Virus record (IMG/VR): IMGVR_UViG_3300044676_003050
Location: 1-62,325 of that record
DNA from: a virus
Taxonomy: Duplodnaviria; Caudoviricetes
Reading direction: 5' to 3' (one strand)
Length of the DNA: 62,325 nucleotides
The position numbers and the translations under genes are program-made. Below the pieces are notes generated by a model. That model was not told the DNA's origin, made no database searches, and saw only the letters and a program-made list of their open reading frames with translations. Positions 1-9,317 of the stretch are shown here, one piece after another. Each line of letters opens with the position of its first letter. Position 1 is the stretch's first letter.

Positions 1-178
1 GATTATAGATGTCGTCCAAGCATTTGTCCAACACTTTCACTCTTTCTCCAAGAATCTTTATTTCGGAGTTAGGTAAGTGGCTGTAACGAACATCGTCAGC
101 CGTCATGGTCATCAGCCATGAGATCGAGGACTCAAGAGATTGTAACTTTTCTCTGAGACTCTTTGGGAATACTCTCAT
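1..178 (-). CDS. Hypothetical protein, runs off the left edge (MRVFPKSLREKLQSLESSISWLMTMTADDVRYSHLPNSEIKILGERVKVLDKCLDDIYN...)
   Basis: Not in ORF track; open frame from ATG at 178 to the edge; SD-like AGGAGA and TAAATA (196-201, minus strand) upstream. Confidence 0.75.
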   Translation of the reverse strand, partial: MRVFPKSLREKLQSLESSISWLMTMTADDVRYSHLPNSEIKILGERVKVLDKCLDDIYN

Positions 179-195
179 AAGATTTCTCCTATAAT

Positions 196-201
196 TATTT
201 A
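196..201 (-). promoter_or_regulatory. Putative late promoter (GTAAATA) for the leftward gene
   Basis: Resembles T4 late consensus TATAAATA; lies just upstream of the SD and ATG at 178. Confidence 0.45.
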
Positions 202-225
202 CACTTGGAGACGAAAAAATCGACT

Positions 226-232
226 CTATATA
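226..232 (+). promoter_or_regulatory. Putative late promoter CTATATA
   Basis: Fits the (C/G)TANATA motif recurring ahead of structural operons here; AAGGAA SD and ATG 252 follow. Confidence 0.4.
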
Positions 233-251
233 AGATAGAAGGAATTAAGCT

Positions 252-644
252 ATGAGCCAAATATTTTTCGACAAGAACTTAGAGGGTATTGTTGAGACTC
301 TCGAAAATGGACGTTACGCAGGTACTAAGGTTGTGAGTGGATCTGTTTGGGACGGGCCAATCATTGCAAAGAACTTAAATTGCTTATGCACAGATAATAC
401 AGTTGCTGAGGATGTGCTTGCAGTTGATACACAGATGACAACGTCTGCGTTGGACTTAGACTCGATTAGAGGCTACTTTTCTATAACAGTGTCTGCACTC
501 CCATCTTCTGTTCAAGACGAACTGACGGCCATTGGGAGGGCTCACGCGACCGAATCTGAGTTCCTTGCTGCTGTTCGTTGGACTGATGGTTGGGATGAGG
601 ATGCAGTGATTAATCAGTTCCCTGATCCAGAACCTGAGCCCTAA
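252..644 (+). CDS. Hypothetical protein, 130 aa, first gene of the beta-helix operon
   Basis: ORF with SD; next gene starts 2 nt after its stop. Confidence 0.75.
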   Translation: MSQIFFDKNLEGIVETLENGRYAGTKVVSGSVWDGPIIAKNLNCLCTDNTVAEDVLAVDTQMTTSALDLDSIRGYFSITVSALPSSVQDELTAIGRAHATESEFLAAVRWTDGWDEDAVINQFPDPEPEP

Positions 645-646
645 TA

Positions 647-3600
647 ATGTTTAGTAGTATCACAATTGGTGACGGTGGTGATTACGACACTATCGCTCTG
701 TGGCAGGTAGCTCGACGTAACAGTATACCTGCTGACAAGCAGGTTGACGATGAGCTTACTTTACTGAGCGGTACTTACGAAGCTTTTGGACTGCTTTGGC
801 AGTGGCCAGTAGATGAAGAGGTAAGCATTAAAGTTGTTATTCAAGCTCACCCATCGGCTTTACATAATGGTGATTGGGATAGCGGTGTATGTCTTAGTGG
901 GCAAGGAACACAGGTTTGGAAAGTTAGAAACAATGATCTAAACATTACTTACAGAGATATTGTTTTAAAGAAAGCTCAAGTACAGTTTGAACAAGGTGAT
1001 AATTATTTCGGGTCAATACGAGGCACTGGTTGGGATATGTCAGCAATCCACCACGGTAGCCTGACGTTTGAAAGATGTCTGATATATACGGAAGGACTTG
1101 CTCACACACGTATGCACTATATGTCTTACGTGCCTAGTAGCAGTCCCTCAGCTTTCGGAACTCTTGAAGTTAATTACAACAATTGTGTATTAGAAGATAT
1201 TTACGGTCCGGTATATCCCAGCTACGGACAGATTATTCCTGCATACTATCCAACCTCTGGAGATCACACGTTTAATTTTAGAGGATGTACTCTTTCTAGA
1301 CAGAGCTTCTTTATAACTGACAGACTTACTAGCTATGCAGGGAATGAGAATCCAAATGGAAGTTTAACTATAAATGTAAGTGGATGTATTGAGGATACTT
1401 CTGCTGCTGCACAGCCAACTTTAGTTGCTGGTCACGCAATCAACTTAGGTTATTATCCTGGTGGGATAGGGTTCCCTTCTAATCTTTCTGCTACGCTTAC
1501 CGATCACATCACAAATGAAGCTTCGGGTAGTGTATACGATTGGGCGACTACTAAAACAAATGTATCGTATGGAGTTCCTTTCACCTTTGATGGGACAGTA
1601 ACGAACGGTGAAGTTGGGTTTGTAGACAACCAAGGAGCAAGTTCATTCCGTGATTACAGACTCGTAGCAGATTTTGATAATTTAGCTGTTCAATACGCTA
1701 CAAATGCAGATTTAGGTAAAAAAGATACAGCAGGAACTGTTCGACCAGCCCTTACTGATGTAGGTGCCTATCAAAGTATCAGCACAAACACGTATACCGA
1801 CAAAATAGGTGCGAGTGCTGATTATGATACATTATCACTATGGCATGGTGCTAGTGCTACAAATATATTAAATGGAGACTCCTTTAATCTTCAGTTCCTC
1901 AGTGGGGCTCATGATATTGCGGGTCTTTACAGTAACTTCAATGAAGTAGACTTTGACATCATTTTACAAGCTCACCCTTCTGCTCTTCATAATGGAGATT
2001 GGAATGCTGGTGCCAGTATTGTGCCTTCAAGTTTCAACTGCTTCATGTATTTTTTTGGAGATCAGACAGTATCAATAACTATTGAAGATCTTGTATTCAA
2101 TTACAGTGTAGGCAGCAGGAGTTTTCTAATAGGAAACACAAACAGTACATCAGGAAGCTGTGCTCAGTTTAGCTCAACTTTGACACTCAATAGATGTATG
2201 CTTAGGCATCCCTCAGGTATAGTTAATGCTGCGGAATTTATATGGTACTATATTGGATTTGAAGATGTGGACGCCAGCGGAAACGTGTCGGCATTAGGTA
2301 AGAACACTTTCAACATAAATAATTGTGTTATTCTTGGAGCAAGAGAATATAAGTTTCTAACCAATACAAACCAAAACCAAGCAGCTAACTTTGAGTTTAA
2401 TGTAAAAGGAACAACTATTGATGTACAAGATAGAGCTATAGCTGGGTTTTTACGACCGGGCGGAAATACTAAGGATTACGCAGATTCCTATTTTACTGCT
2501 AACTTCGAAGGAACAATATTACCACAAAGACCAGTTCACTACAATAGTTTTAGGGATGGTTGGGGTAGTGCAACAAGAGCATTTACTTTCACAGATTATA
2601 TAACTTACCGATCACAAAGTGAGATGGAGGGGTATTTAGATGGTGGAAGTACTAACCCTCCGACATTCACATACAGTAATGCGAGCTTCAGTGTTCCAGT
2701 TAACTACGATGGCACAGTAACAAGTGGTGAAGTTTGTTATGTAGGTCCATCAGGTCACGAAGGTAATTACAGACTCGTAGCAGACCTTGATAACTTGGCT
2801 GTCAAATATGCTACTAACTCTACACTACCCACTTTAGATGTAAGTCGATACAACAGACCAGGACTTACCGATGCAGGCGCTTATCAAAGCATAAGCACAG
2901 ATAATGTTATAAATGTAATTGGTTCCGGTGTTGATGGAGTAAGTGCAGACTTTGCTACTGTTTCTTTATGGTATGGTGATAGAAGAACTGAAGTTCTAAA
3001 TGGAGCAACTGAAATTGGTGCTCTTCAATCACAAACCCATACTTATAACGGAAGTTATAATCAATGGGATGAGGTGAACTTTACTGCTTGCCTTAGTGGT
3101 CAAACTCACCATAACGGGAATTGGGACGAAGGTGCTAAGTTACTAAATACGGCAGGCTATGTAAGATACGGGTTTGGAAATCAAAGTATAGAATATAAAT
3201 TTGAAGACTTAGTATATGAAGTAGAGCAAACTAGCTATGGTTCGGTTTGGGATCATTATGCTATTACAAATAGAGATGGCTCAGGGTACAATAGTGATGT
3301 AACTTTTAGAAGATGTTTAGTTACCTCTACCGACCGAAACTCAGAAAACACATTTTTCCGTATGCTCGTCAATTTGTCGGCTGTTGAAAGTATCGGAACT
3401 CAAAACACTACGATTGAAAATTGTGTGTTTGATGTAGGTACGAGAGCCGCTTTTGGAAACGAAGCTCGTGGTAGTAATGGAAATGATTATAATGTATATA
3501 ACAGAGTTGTAGGATCAACCATTTTTTCTACCCAAAATTCTACTTGGATTGGTCAGAGAGGTGTTATTAATGGTGTTACCAATAGTGATGTTATTGGGTG

Positions 3601-6600
3601 TTTGAATTATAACGCGAATCCTGGGCGATACATGATAGGGTATGGTTCTGTAGTTTATGTAGATTATATAACAAATGAAAATAATCTCTGGTACTCCACA
3701 TCCGCTCTAAACTCTTCTGCTGCTCAAACATTTACATTCGATAATACGGTCACAGAGGGTGCTGTTTGCCTTGTTGGATCTGGGTATAAAGGTGATTTCA
3801 GACTCGTAGCAGACCCTGATAACCTTCCTGTCAAATACATGACACAAGACAGTCTTACCTACAAAGACATCACAGGCTATAAGAGACCAGGGGGAACTGA
3901 TCAAAGGGATGCAGGAGCTTACCAGAGTATATCAGATAGGAATACAGTTCACAAGATTGGAACTAGCAGTGTAGACTTCCCTGCTGACTATGCCACCTTG
4001 AATCTATGGTGGTCTACCAATTACCTCTATGCTAACGTATTAAATGGAGAAACTCACACGCTTCAGTTTAAGAGTGGAGAGGTACATAATACTGCTGCCT
4101 CTATTTACTTTGATGGTATTGTTGGTAATGTAAGTGCAAACGTAAATCAATCGTTTGTCTTCTCAGGTCAGACGCCTCATAATGGTAATTGGGATGAAGG
4201 TGCTACTCTTCTTGGCGGTAACGCGCTAGTGCGCTGTGGTAAGAATTCGTTCAACTTCACAGTAAAAGACTTAAGTTTAGTTGTTAGTGGGAATGCTCAA
4301 AGACTCTTTTACGTATCACCTACCCATAATACAAACTATGCCACCCCAGGTTATTTTGCTCCTGAGCACACTTATACCTTTGAAAACTTTATGGCACGTA
4401 TGGATGACGGCCTGTCTTCAACAGCATATCAAATAATGATGGATCAAAACTATGAAAGAATTACAGATGAAGACTTAAACGTAATAGAGAGAGGAAGCAG
4501 CAAGAGTATTCACAAAAACTGTCTTTACATAGGTGCTGCTTCTTCGAATGGTGTCGGTAATCGAGGGTCTTTGTGCGTATACGCACACCAGTATGGTACC
4601 GCAGCGAGTGCTTTCTTTCAAACTGAGGGGTGTACATTTATAAACTCTTGGTTTAGTGACGGTCGGCATAGCATGGCATATGATAACCTTAAAGTGGATC
4701 ATGCAGGGTTAATATATTATGCCAGTGAAAGCCATAAAAATCAATTCGGTTTTCAACTAGGTTTACATAGTCCTGGTAATTTTGGTGACTATAATACCCA
4801 AAAGCCTGAGAACGCTACGTTTAAAGATTGTATATTCAACAATGGATCAAATAATAGTATTACTCCGAACGCTAGTCAAGGTCGATATGATATTTGGGTA
4901 ATTGAACCCATAGCTTCCGAGCTAGATATATACTCAAGTACAATTCTCCGTGAGGAGCCTTGGCTTGAATGGGAACCTAGACTTACTAATTGCTCCTTTA
5001 GAGTCCCATTCAACTTTGACGGATCTGTATCTGCTGGCACTGTGTCATTTGAATCTAGTGCTACAAAGGATTATAGACTCGTACCAGATCTTGATAATCT
5101 TGCTGTTCAGTACATGAACGTATCTAATACGTCTAATTATGACCTTGCAGGTAGAAGAAGACCAGGATTGACAGATGCGGGTGCATTCCAATCATATAGC
5201 GATAGTGTGGTTAGTGCTTTGATTGGTAGTGGTGTTGATGGGGTTAGTGCTGATCATGCAACTGTTGCTTTATTCTATGCCGCTTCAGGCGATAAAATAA
5301 TTAATGGTCAGACCTTTGATCTTGCATTTCAGAATCAAGAACATGATTTCATAGTTAACATAGGGATTAATCCTTTGTTAGAAGTTGACCAGAAATGGAT
5401 TGTAAGAGGAGATACCATTCAAGACGGTGAGTGGGATACGGGTGCTAGGTTCATAGAAAACCAATTCCTTACAAATCAGCTATGGTGGGGAACCGTTGGC
5501 TCCAAACTAAAAAAACAAGATGTTATTTTTGAACTTAAAGACTTAGTCTTTAGTTCTAATACTTATCACCAAAATTGGGCACACTTTAATGCATCTAGAG
5601 AGATTAGAGATGCAGCGCACGATTGCACTTACACTTTTGACAGATGTTTAATTTCTACTCCTAGACACTTAGGGTGGCCTTACCCAAACTTGCTAGCTAA
5701 CAATGAACAAACCGGGGAATTAGGTCTTAATACAATCAATATACTTAATACAGTTGTAAGCGGAGGCTCTAATTCTAATAATCTAATTATACCTTATCGG
5801 GCTGGGCACGAAGGCCCTAACGTAGCTCACAATTTTGTAGGATCTACTTTTTATCATCGAAGATCTGGTTACCGCTCTATTGATGGTAGTTCTGATTACC
5901 GTATATCAGGTTGTCTATTCCATATGGATGGGAATGATACCCAGAGACTCTTAAATGCTCCTGCGTCACGTTATAATGTCACCGCAGTTGACAATATATT
6001 TAGTAACTCTCAGAGTTATGAAGAATACTCTCTTGGTACAGATCATACTAACTGCACGTTTGATGTTAACTTCAATTACGATGGATCAGTAAAAAGCGGT
6101 CAGGTATCTTTCGTTAGTTCTACCAATGATTTCAGACTTGTACCAGATCTTGATAACCTTGCTGTCAAATACATGACTAGCGGTGAGTTGCCTTACAAAG
6201 ACATTACAGGCTATAAGAGACCCGGTGGCATTGATCAAAGGGATGCAGGAGCTTACCAAAGTATATCAGATAAAAACACAGTTTACAAGATTGGTACTAG
6301 TAGTGTAGATTTCCCTGCTGATTATGCCACCTTGTTTTTGTGGTCGTGGAACGATCACTTCTATGCTAACATATTAAATGGAGAAACTCACACGCTTCAG
6401 TTTAAGAGCGGAGAGATACACGATCCTGCTGCCTCTATTAACTTTAATGGCACTGTTGGAAGTGTAAGTGCAAACGTAAATCAATCATTTGTCTACTCAG
6501 GTCAGACGCCTCATAATGGTAATTGGGATGAAGGTGCTATCCTTGCTATAAACGGATCAACAAACGGAGCGGCTGTGCGCTGTGGTAAGAATTCGTTCAA

Positions 6601-7672
6601 CTTCACAGTAAAAGACTTAAGTTTAGTTGTTAGTGGGAATGCTCTCAATCGGAGACTCTTTTACGTATCTCCTACCCATTCAAATTATACCACCCCAGGT
6701 TATTTTGCTCCTGAGCAAACTTATACCTTTGAAAACTTTATGGCACGCATGGATGATGGTCTGTCTTCAATAGGATGGGAACTGATGATGGATCAAAACT
6801 ATGAAAGAATTACAGATGAAGACTTAAACATACTAGAAAGAGGAAGTAGTAAAAGTATTCACAAAAACTGCCTTTACGTAGGTGCTGCTTCTTCGGATGG
6901 TGTCGGTTATAACGGGTCGTTGAACGTCTATTCACACCAGTATAATACTCAAGCAAGCGCATTCTTTCAAACTGAGGGGTGCACATTTATAAACTCTTGG
7001 TTTAGTAACGGTCGGCACTCGATGAAACTTAATCAACTTAAAGTTGATCATGCAGGATTATTGTATTATGCTGGTGTTGGAAGAGGACTGTCTTTACATG
7101 GTCCATTTGGCTTCGCTGCGGCGCGGTATCCTGATGACACCCTTGCAGCAGCAAATAATTCAAAATTTGTTGACTGCATATTCAGTAATGGGGCGGGGGA
7201 TTCTATTGCTCCCCCTGCTAGTCAGGATAGGTATTCAACTTGGGTCATTGAACCTTTACCCTCTGAATATAGAGATTCATCATCTGGAATTGTTGAGTTT
7301 TATCAACCTTGGAACGTATGGGCTTCGGCCCTTACTAATTGTTCCTTTAGAGTTCCATTCAACTTTGATGGATCTGTATCTGCTGGCACTGTATCGTTTG
7401 TAGATGGATCCAGTGGAGTCAATAACTATAGACTTGTAGGGAGTGAAGACAATTTTGCATCGGGATATGTCTCATCCTTTAATCTCAGTGGATTAGACTT
7501 AGCAGGTAATGATAGAGGTGACAGTCCTTATGATGCAGGAGCTTTTGCTATTACTCTTCAACAGGTAGAAGACTTCCTCAAGAGCCTCGGAGGTCCGTTA
7601 GTGCTTCAAGTAGGGTATAGGATATCTAACAACAGGCAAAGACTTATACCTGTTATAGGAGGAGAAGAATAA
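647..7672 (+). CDS. Giant virion appendage/tailspike-like protein (2341 aa) with six tandem pectin-lyase-like beta-helix modules
   Basis: Six modules of roughly 350-420 aa; each starts IG...D(Y/F/H)xT(I/L/V)xL(W/F), contains HNGxWDxGA (degenerate in module 5) and FxRC/NC ladders, and ends (Y/F)RLVxDxDN...D..G..R...DAGA(Y/F) (choice-of-anchor-Q-like cap). Confidence 0.75.
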   Translation: MFSSITIGDGGDYDTIALWQVARRNSIPADKQVDDELTLLSGTYEAFGLLWQWPVDEEVSIKVVIQAHPSALHNGDWDSGVCLSGQGTQVWKVRNNDLNITYRDIVLKKAQVQFEQGDNYFGSIRGTGWDMSAIHHGSLTFERCLIYTEGLAHTRMHYMSYVPSSSPSAFGTLEVNYNNCVLEDIYGPVYPSYGQIIPAYYPTSGDHTFNFRGCTLSRQSFFITDRLTSYAGNENPNGSLTINVSGCIEDTSAAAQPTLVAGHAINLGYYPGGIGFPSNLSATLTDHITNEASGSVYDWATTKTNVSYGVPFTFDGTVTNGEVGFVDNQGASSFRDYRLVADFDNLAVQYATNADLGKKDTAGTVRPALTDVGAYQSISTNTYTDKIGASADYDTLSLWHGASATNILNGDSFNLQFLSGAHDIAGLYSNFNEVDFDIILQAHPSALHNGDWNAGASIVPSSFNCFMYFFGDQTVSITIEDLVFNYSVGSRSFLIGNTNSTSGSCAQFSSTLTLNRCMLRHPSGIVNAAEFIWYYIGFEDVDASGNVSALGKNTFNINNCVILGAREYKFLTNTNQNQAANFEFNVKGTTIDVQDRAIAGFLRPGGNTKDYADSYFTANFEGTILPQRPVHYNSFRDGWGSATRAFTFTDYITYRSQSEMEGYLDGGSTNPPTFTYSNASFSVPVNYDGTVTSGEVCYVGPSGHEGNYRLVADLDNLAVKYATNSTLPTLDVSRYNRPGLTDAGAYQSISTDNVINVIGSGVDGVSADFATVSLWYGDRRTEVLNGATEIGALQSQTHTYNGSYNQWDEVNFTACLSGQTHHNGNWDEGAKLLNTAGYVRYGFGNQSIEYKFEDLVYEVEQTSYGSVWDHYAITNRDGSGYNSDVTFRRCLVTSTDRNSENTFFRMLVNLSAVESIGTQNTTIENCVFDVGTRAAFGNEARGSNGNDYNVYNRVVGSTIFSTQNSTWIGQRGVINGVTNSDVIGCLNYNANPGRYMIGYGSVVYVDYITNENNLWYSTSALNSSAAQTFTFDNTVTEGAVCLVGSGYKGDFRLVADPDNLPVKYMTQDSLTYKDITGYKRPGGTDQRDAGAYQSISDRNTVHKIGTSSVDFPADYATLNLWWSTNYLYANVLNGETHTLQFKSGEVHNTAASIYFDGIVGNVSANVNQSFVFSGQTPHNGNWDEGATLLGGNALVRCGKNSFNFTVKDLSLVVSGNAQRLFYVSPTHNTNYATPGYFAPEHTYTFENFMARMDDGLSSTAYQIMMDQNYERITDEDLNVIERGSSKSIHKNCLYIGAASSNGVGNRGSLCVYAHQYGTAASAFFQTEGCTFINSWFSDGRHSMAYDNLKVDHAGLIYYASESHKNQFGFQLGLHSPGNFGDYNTQKPENATFKDCIFNNGSNNSITPNASQGRYDIWVIEPIASELDIYSSTILREEPWLEWEPRLTNCSFRVPFNFDGSVSAGTVSFESSATKDYRLVPDLDNLAVQYMNVSNTSNYDLAGRRRPGLTDAGAFQSYSDSVVSALIGSGVDGVSADHATVALFYAASGDKIINGQTFDLAFQNQEHDFIVNIGINPLLEVDQKWIVRGDTIQDGEWDTGARFIENQFLTNQLWWGTVGSKLKKQDVIFELKDLVFSSNTYHQNWAHFNASREIRDAAHDCTYTFDRCLISTPRHLGWPYPNLLANNEQTGELGLNTINILNTVVSGGSNSNNLIIPYRAGHEGPNVAHNFVGSTFYHRRSGYRSIDGSSDYRISGCLFHMDGNDTQRLLNAPASRYNVTAVDNIFSNSQSYEEYSLGTDHTNCTFDVNFNYDGSVKSGQVSFVSSTNDFRLVPDLDNLAVKYMTSGELPYKDITGYKRPGGIDQRDAGAYQSISDKNTVYKIGTSSVDFPADYATLFLWSWNDHFYANILNGETHTLQFKSGEIHDPAASINFNGTVGSVSANVNQSFVYSGQTPHNGNWDEGAILAINGSTNGAAVRCGKNSFNFTVKDLSLVVSGNALNRRLFYVSPTHSNYTTPGYFAPEQTYTFENFMARMDDGLSSIGWELMMDQNYERITDEDLNILERGSSKSIHKNCLYVGAASSDGVGYNGSLNVYSHQYNTQASAFFQTEGCTFINSWFSNGRHSMKLNQLKVDHAGLLYYAGVGRGLSLHGPFGFAAARYPDDTLAAANNSKFVDCIFSNGAGDSIAPPASQDRYSTWVIEPLPSEYRDSSSGIVEFYQPWNVWASALTNCSFRVPFNFDGSVSAGTVSFVDGSSGVNNYRLVGSEDNFASGYVSSFNLSGLDLAGNDRGDSPYDAGAFAITLQQVEDFLKSLGGPLVLQVGYRISNNRQRLIPVIGGEE
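3793..5050 (+). repeat. Intragenic duplication copy 1 (end of module 3 plus module 4); boundaries approximate
   Basis: Long identical nucleotide tracts shared with 6127-7400, e.g. ttaaatggagaaactcacacgcttcagtttaagag and ggatcaaaactatgaaagaattacagatgaagacttaaac. Confidence 0.92.
6127..7400 (+). repeat. Intragenic duplication copy 2 (end of module 5 plus module 6); boundaries approximate
   Basis: Same tracts as 3793-5050, interrupted by clustered substitutions and small indels. Confidence 0.92.
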
Positions 7673-8938
7673 ATGGCTACTTATACTGATACAATTGGTG
7701 TGTCTGGGGTGCATGGTGGCTCCCTTTACCCGAATGGAGGTGACTATGCTACAATAGCTTTGTGGGAATCTACCAGTGGTCCTAGTGTTTCGACTGGTAA
7801 TGTTTATGAGGCTGTGCTTCTTGATGGATCTGCCCATGACTGGAATAGTGGCTACCCTGGGTGGGCCAGTACAAAAGATCTAGATTACGAGATTGTTGTT
7901 AGGGGAGATAAATCCCATGAAGGCTATTGGACTAGCGCAGACAGGGGCACGAGTGGTGGTGCTACAATAACGTTATCTAATAATGTTTCTTGGACTGGTT
8001 TTGGTGACCAAAATATAAAAGCAACATTTAGAGATTTAGTATACTCCGCAACAACTAACCGCACTATGTATTATGGTAATTTCAACGGTACTTCAGGATA
8101 CTCAGGAGATTACAGCGCAGAGATGACTTGGGACAGGTGTATGTTCATACACGATGAAGCTGCCGCCAGTGCTGGCACGATTGGTACATTTTTTAATTTC
8201 CGACCTGCTTATGAGAGTGTGGATCCCTCCACAGGTGAAGTATCAGCAATAGGTAAGTTTACACTTAATTTAATTAATTGTGTATTTGAAGATTCATATG
8301 GTTTCATATGGAGACAGTTCCCAAATAGTGTTGCTGGTGAACAAAATTTAGAGTTAGAACTTAATCATATTGGGTGTACATGGCAAGAATCCTCTAATAG
8401 AGCAAGCGTTGGTTGGTTCGGGCGATTTGCAAGCGTCGATGGTGATCGTAACGATAAAGGTTTAGATTCTATTCTCAGACTAAACTTTAGCGGTTGTGTT
8501 GGTGATAAGAATCCATTTTTAGGTGGTGATTTAGATTTTTTTGCTAGTGCTACAAAGTATTGCAACATGACTGATTGTTTATGGGGGCCTACTGAAACAC
8601 AATTTAGAAATGGGTTAGGGGATAATCGCACCAATTATGAAAAATTCATATACACATCTAGTAATATAACTTACAGCACCAGCTTCGGATATACAGGAGC
8701 ATCAGCAGCTAATACTGTATCATTTGTAGAGACTGATGTTAATTCAGTAGAGAGAGACTACAGGCAGGTAGCGGGATCATTAGGTGTAGACTACGCTAGT
8801 AATGCTACAATGCCCTCAGTGGATGTTACGAATACAAGTAGAGGAACTTCACCATTTACTGCGGGAGCATACGAGTTTATATCAGCTACAACAGACGTAA
8901 CAATAGATTTCGGTAACACCTATATAAGAGTGTATTAA
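7673..8938 (+). CDS. Single-module paralog of the giant beta-helix protein (421 aa)
   Basis: Same TIG...DYATIALW start, GFGDQ motif, WDRC/NC ladder and DYR...DV....RG..P..AGAYE end; own SD GGAGGAG. Confidence 0.8.
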   Translation: MATYTDTIGVSGVHGGSLYPNGGDYATIALWESTSGPSVSTGNVYEAVLLDGSAHDWNSGYPGWASTKDLDYEIVVRGDKSHEGYWTSADRGTSGGATITLSNNVSWTGFGDQNIKATFRDLVYSATTNRTMYYGNFNGTSGYSGDYSAEMTWDRCMFIHDEAAASAGTIGTFFNFRPAYESVDPSTGEVSAIGKFTLNLINCVFEDSYGFIWRQFPNSVAGEQNLELELNHIGCTWQESSNRASVGWFGRFASVDGDRNDKGLDSILRLNFSGCVGDKNPFLGGDLDFFASATKYCNMTDCLWGPTETQFRNGLGDNRTNYEKFIYTSSNITYSTSFGYTGASAANTVSFVETDVNSVERDYRQVAGSLGVDYASNATMPSVDVTNTSRGTSPFTAGAYEFISATTDVTIDFGNTYIRVY

Positions 8939-8939
8939 T

Positions 8940-8999
8940 ATGTTACTTAAACTTAAATTTGGTATCCGTCCTGTCACGAACTGCGCTGGTGGTTGTTGA
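8940..8999 (+). CDS. 19-aa micro-peptide MLLKLKFGIRPVTNCAGGC
   Basis: ATG 1 nt after the upstream stop; fills the gap to the convergent gene; ends in CxxxC; below the ORF-track cutoff. Confidence 0.5.
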   Translation: MLLKLKFGIRPVTNCAGGC

Positions 9000-9005
9000 C
9001 TATCC

Positions 9006-9317
9006 TCACTTACCCTGCATTAAAGGGAAGAACTTGAGGTAGATCAACCACGTAGTAGCGGACCCAAAACAGCCTGCAAATAGGGCGTGCAGGAACATAT
9101 TACCCTCTGCTTTAGAGAAAGGATTCCAATATAGCATACCCCAGAATACCCCTGCCCAGAAAGCTGTGCACAACATACAGTTAACTAGCTTCCCAAGAGG
9201 AGGAACCCAAGCAGTAATGAGATTGCGAACAGGTTCCATGATGGTAGAACTGACAATGATGGTGGTCATACCGTAGACTGCCAACATCCAAACTAAAACG
9301 CTTACTAAGTATTCCAT
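9006..9317 (-). CDS. DUF1360-like small membrane protein
   Basis: Three hydrophobic segments and LGKLVNCMLCTAFW (CxxCxxxW) motif; TAATG coupling to the glycosyltransferase. Confidence 0.7.
   Translation of the reverse strand: MEYLVSVLVWMLAVYGMTTIIVSSTIMEPVRNLITAWVPPLGKLVNCMLCTAFWAGVFWGMLYWNPFSKAEGNMFLHALFAGCFGSATTWLIYLKFFPLMQGK

Noticed and set aside
3793-7400. Diversity-generating retroelement TR/VR pair
   Set aside because: Differences are not confined to adenines, include indels, span over 1 kb within one ORF, and no reverse transcriptase is in the window
7670-7675. Stop readthrough making a seven-module protein
   Set aside because: TAA is rarely read through and a strong GGAGGAG SD supports independent initiation
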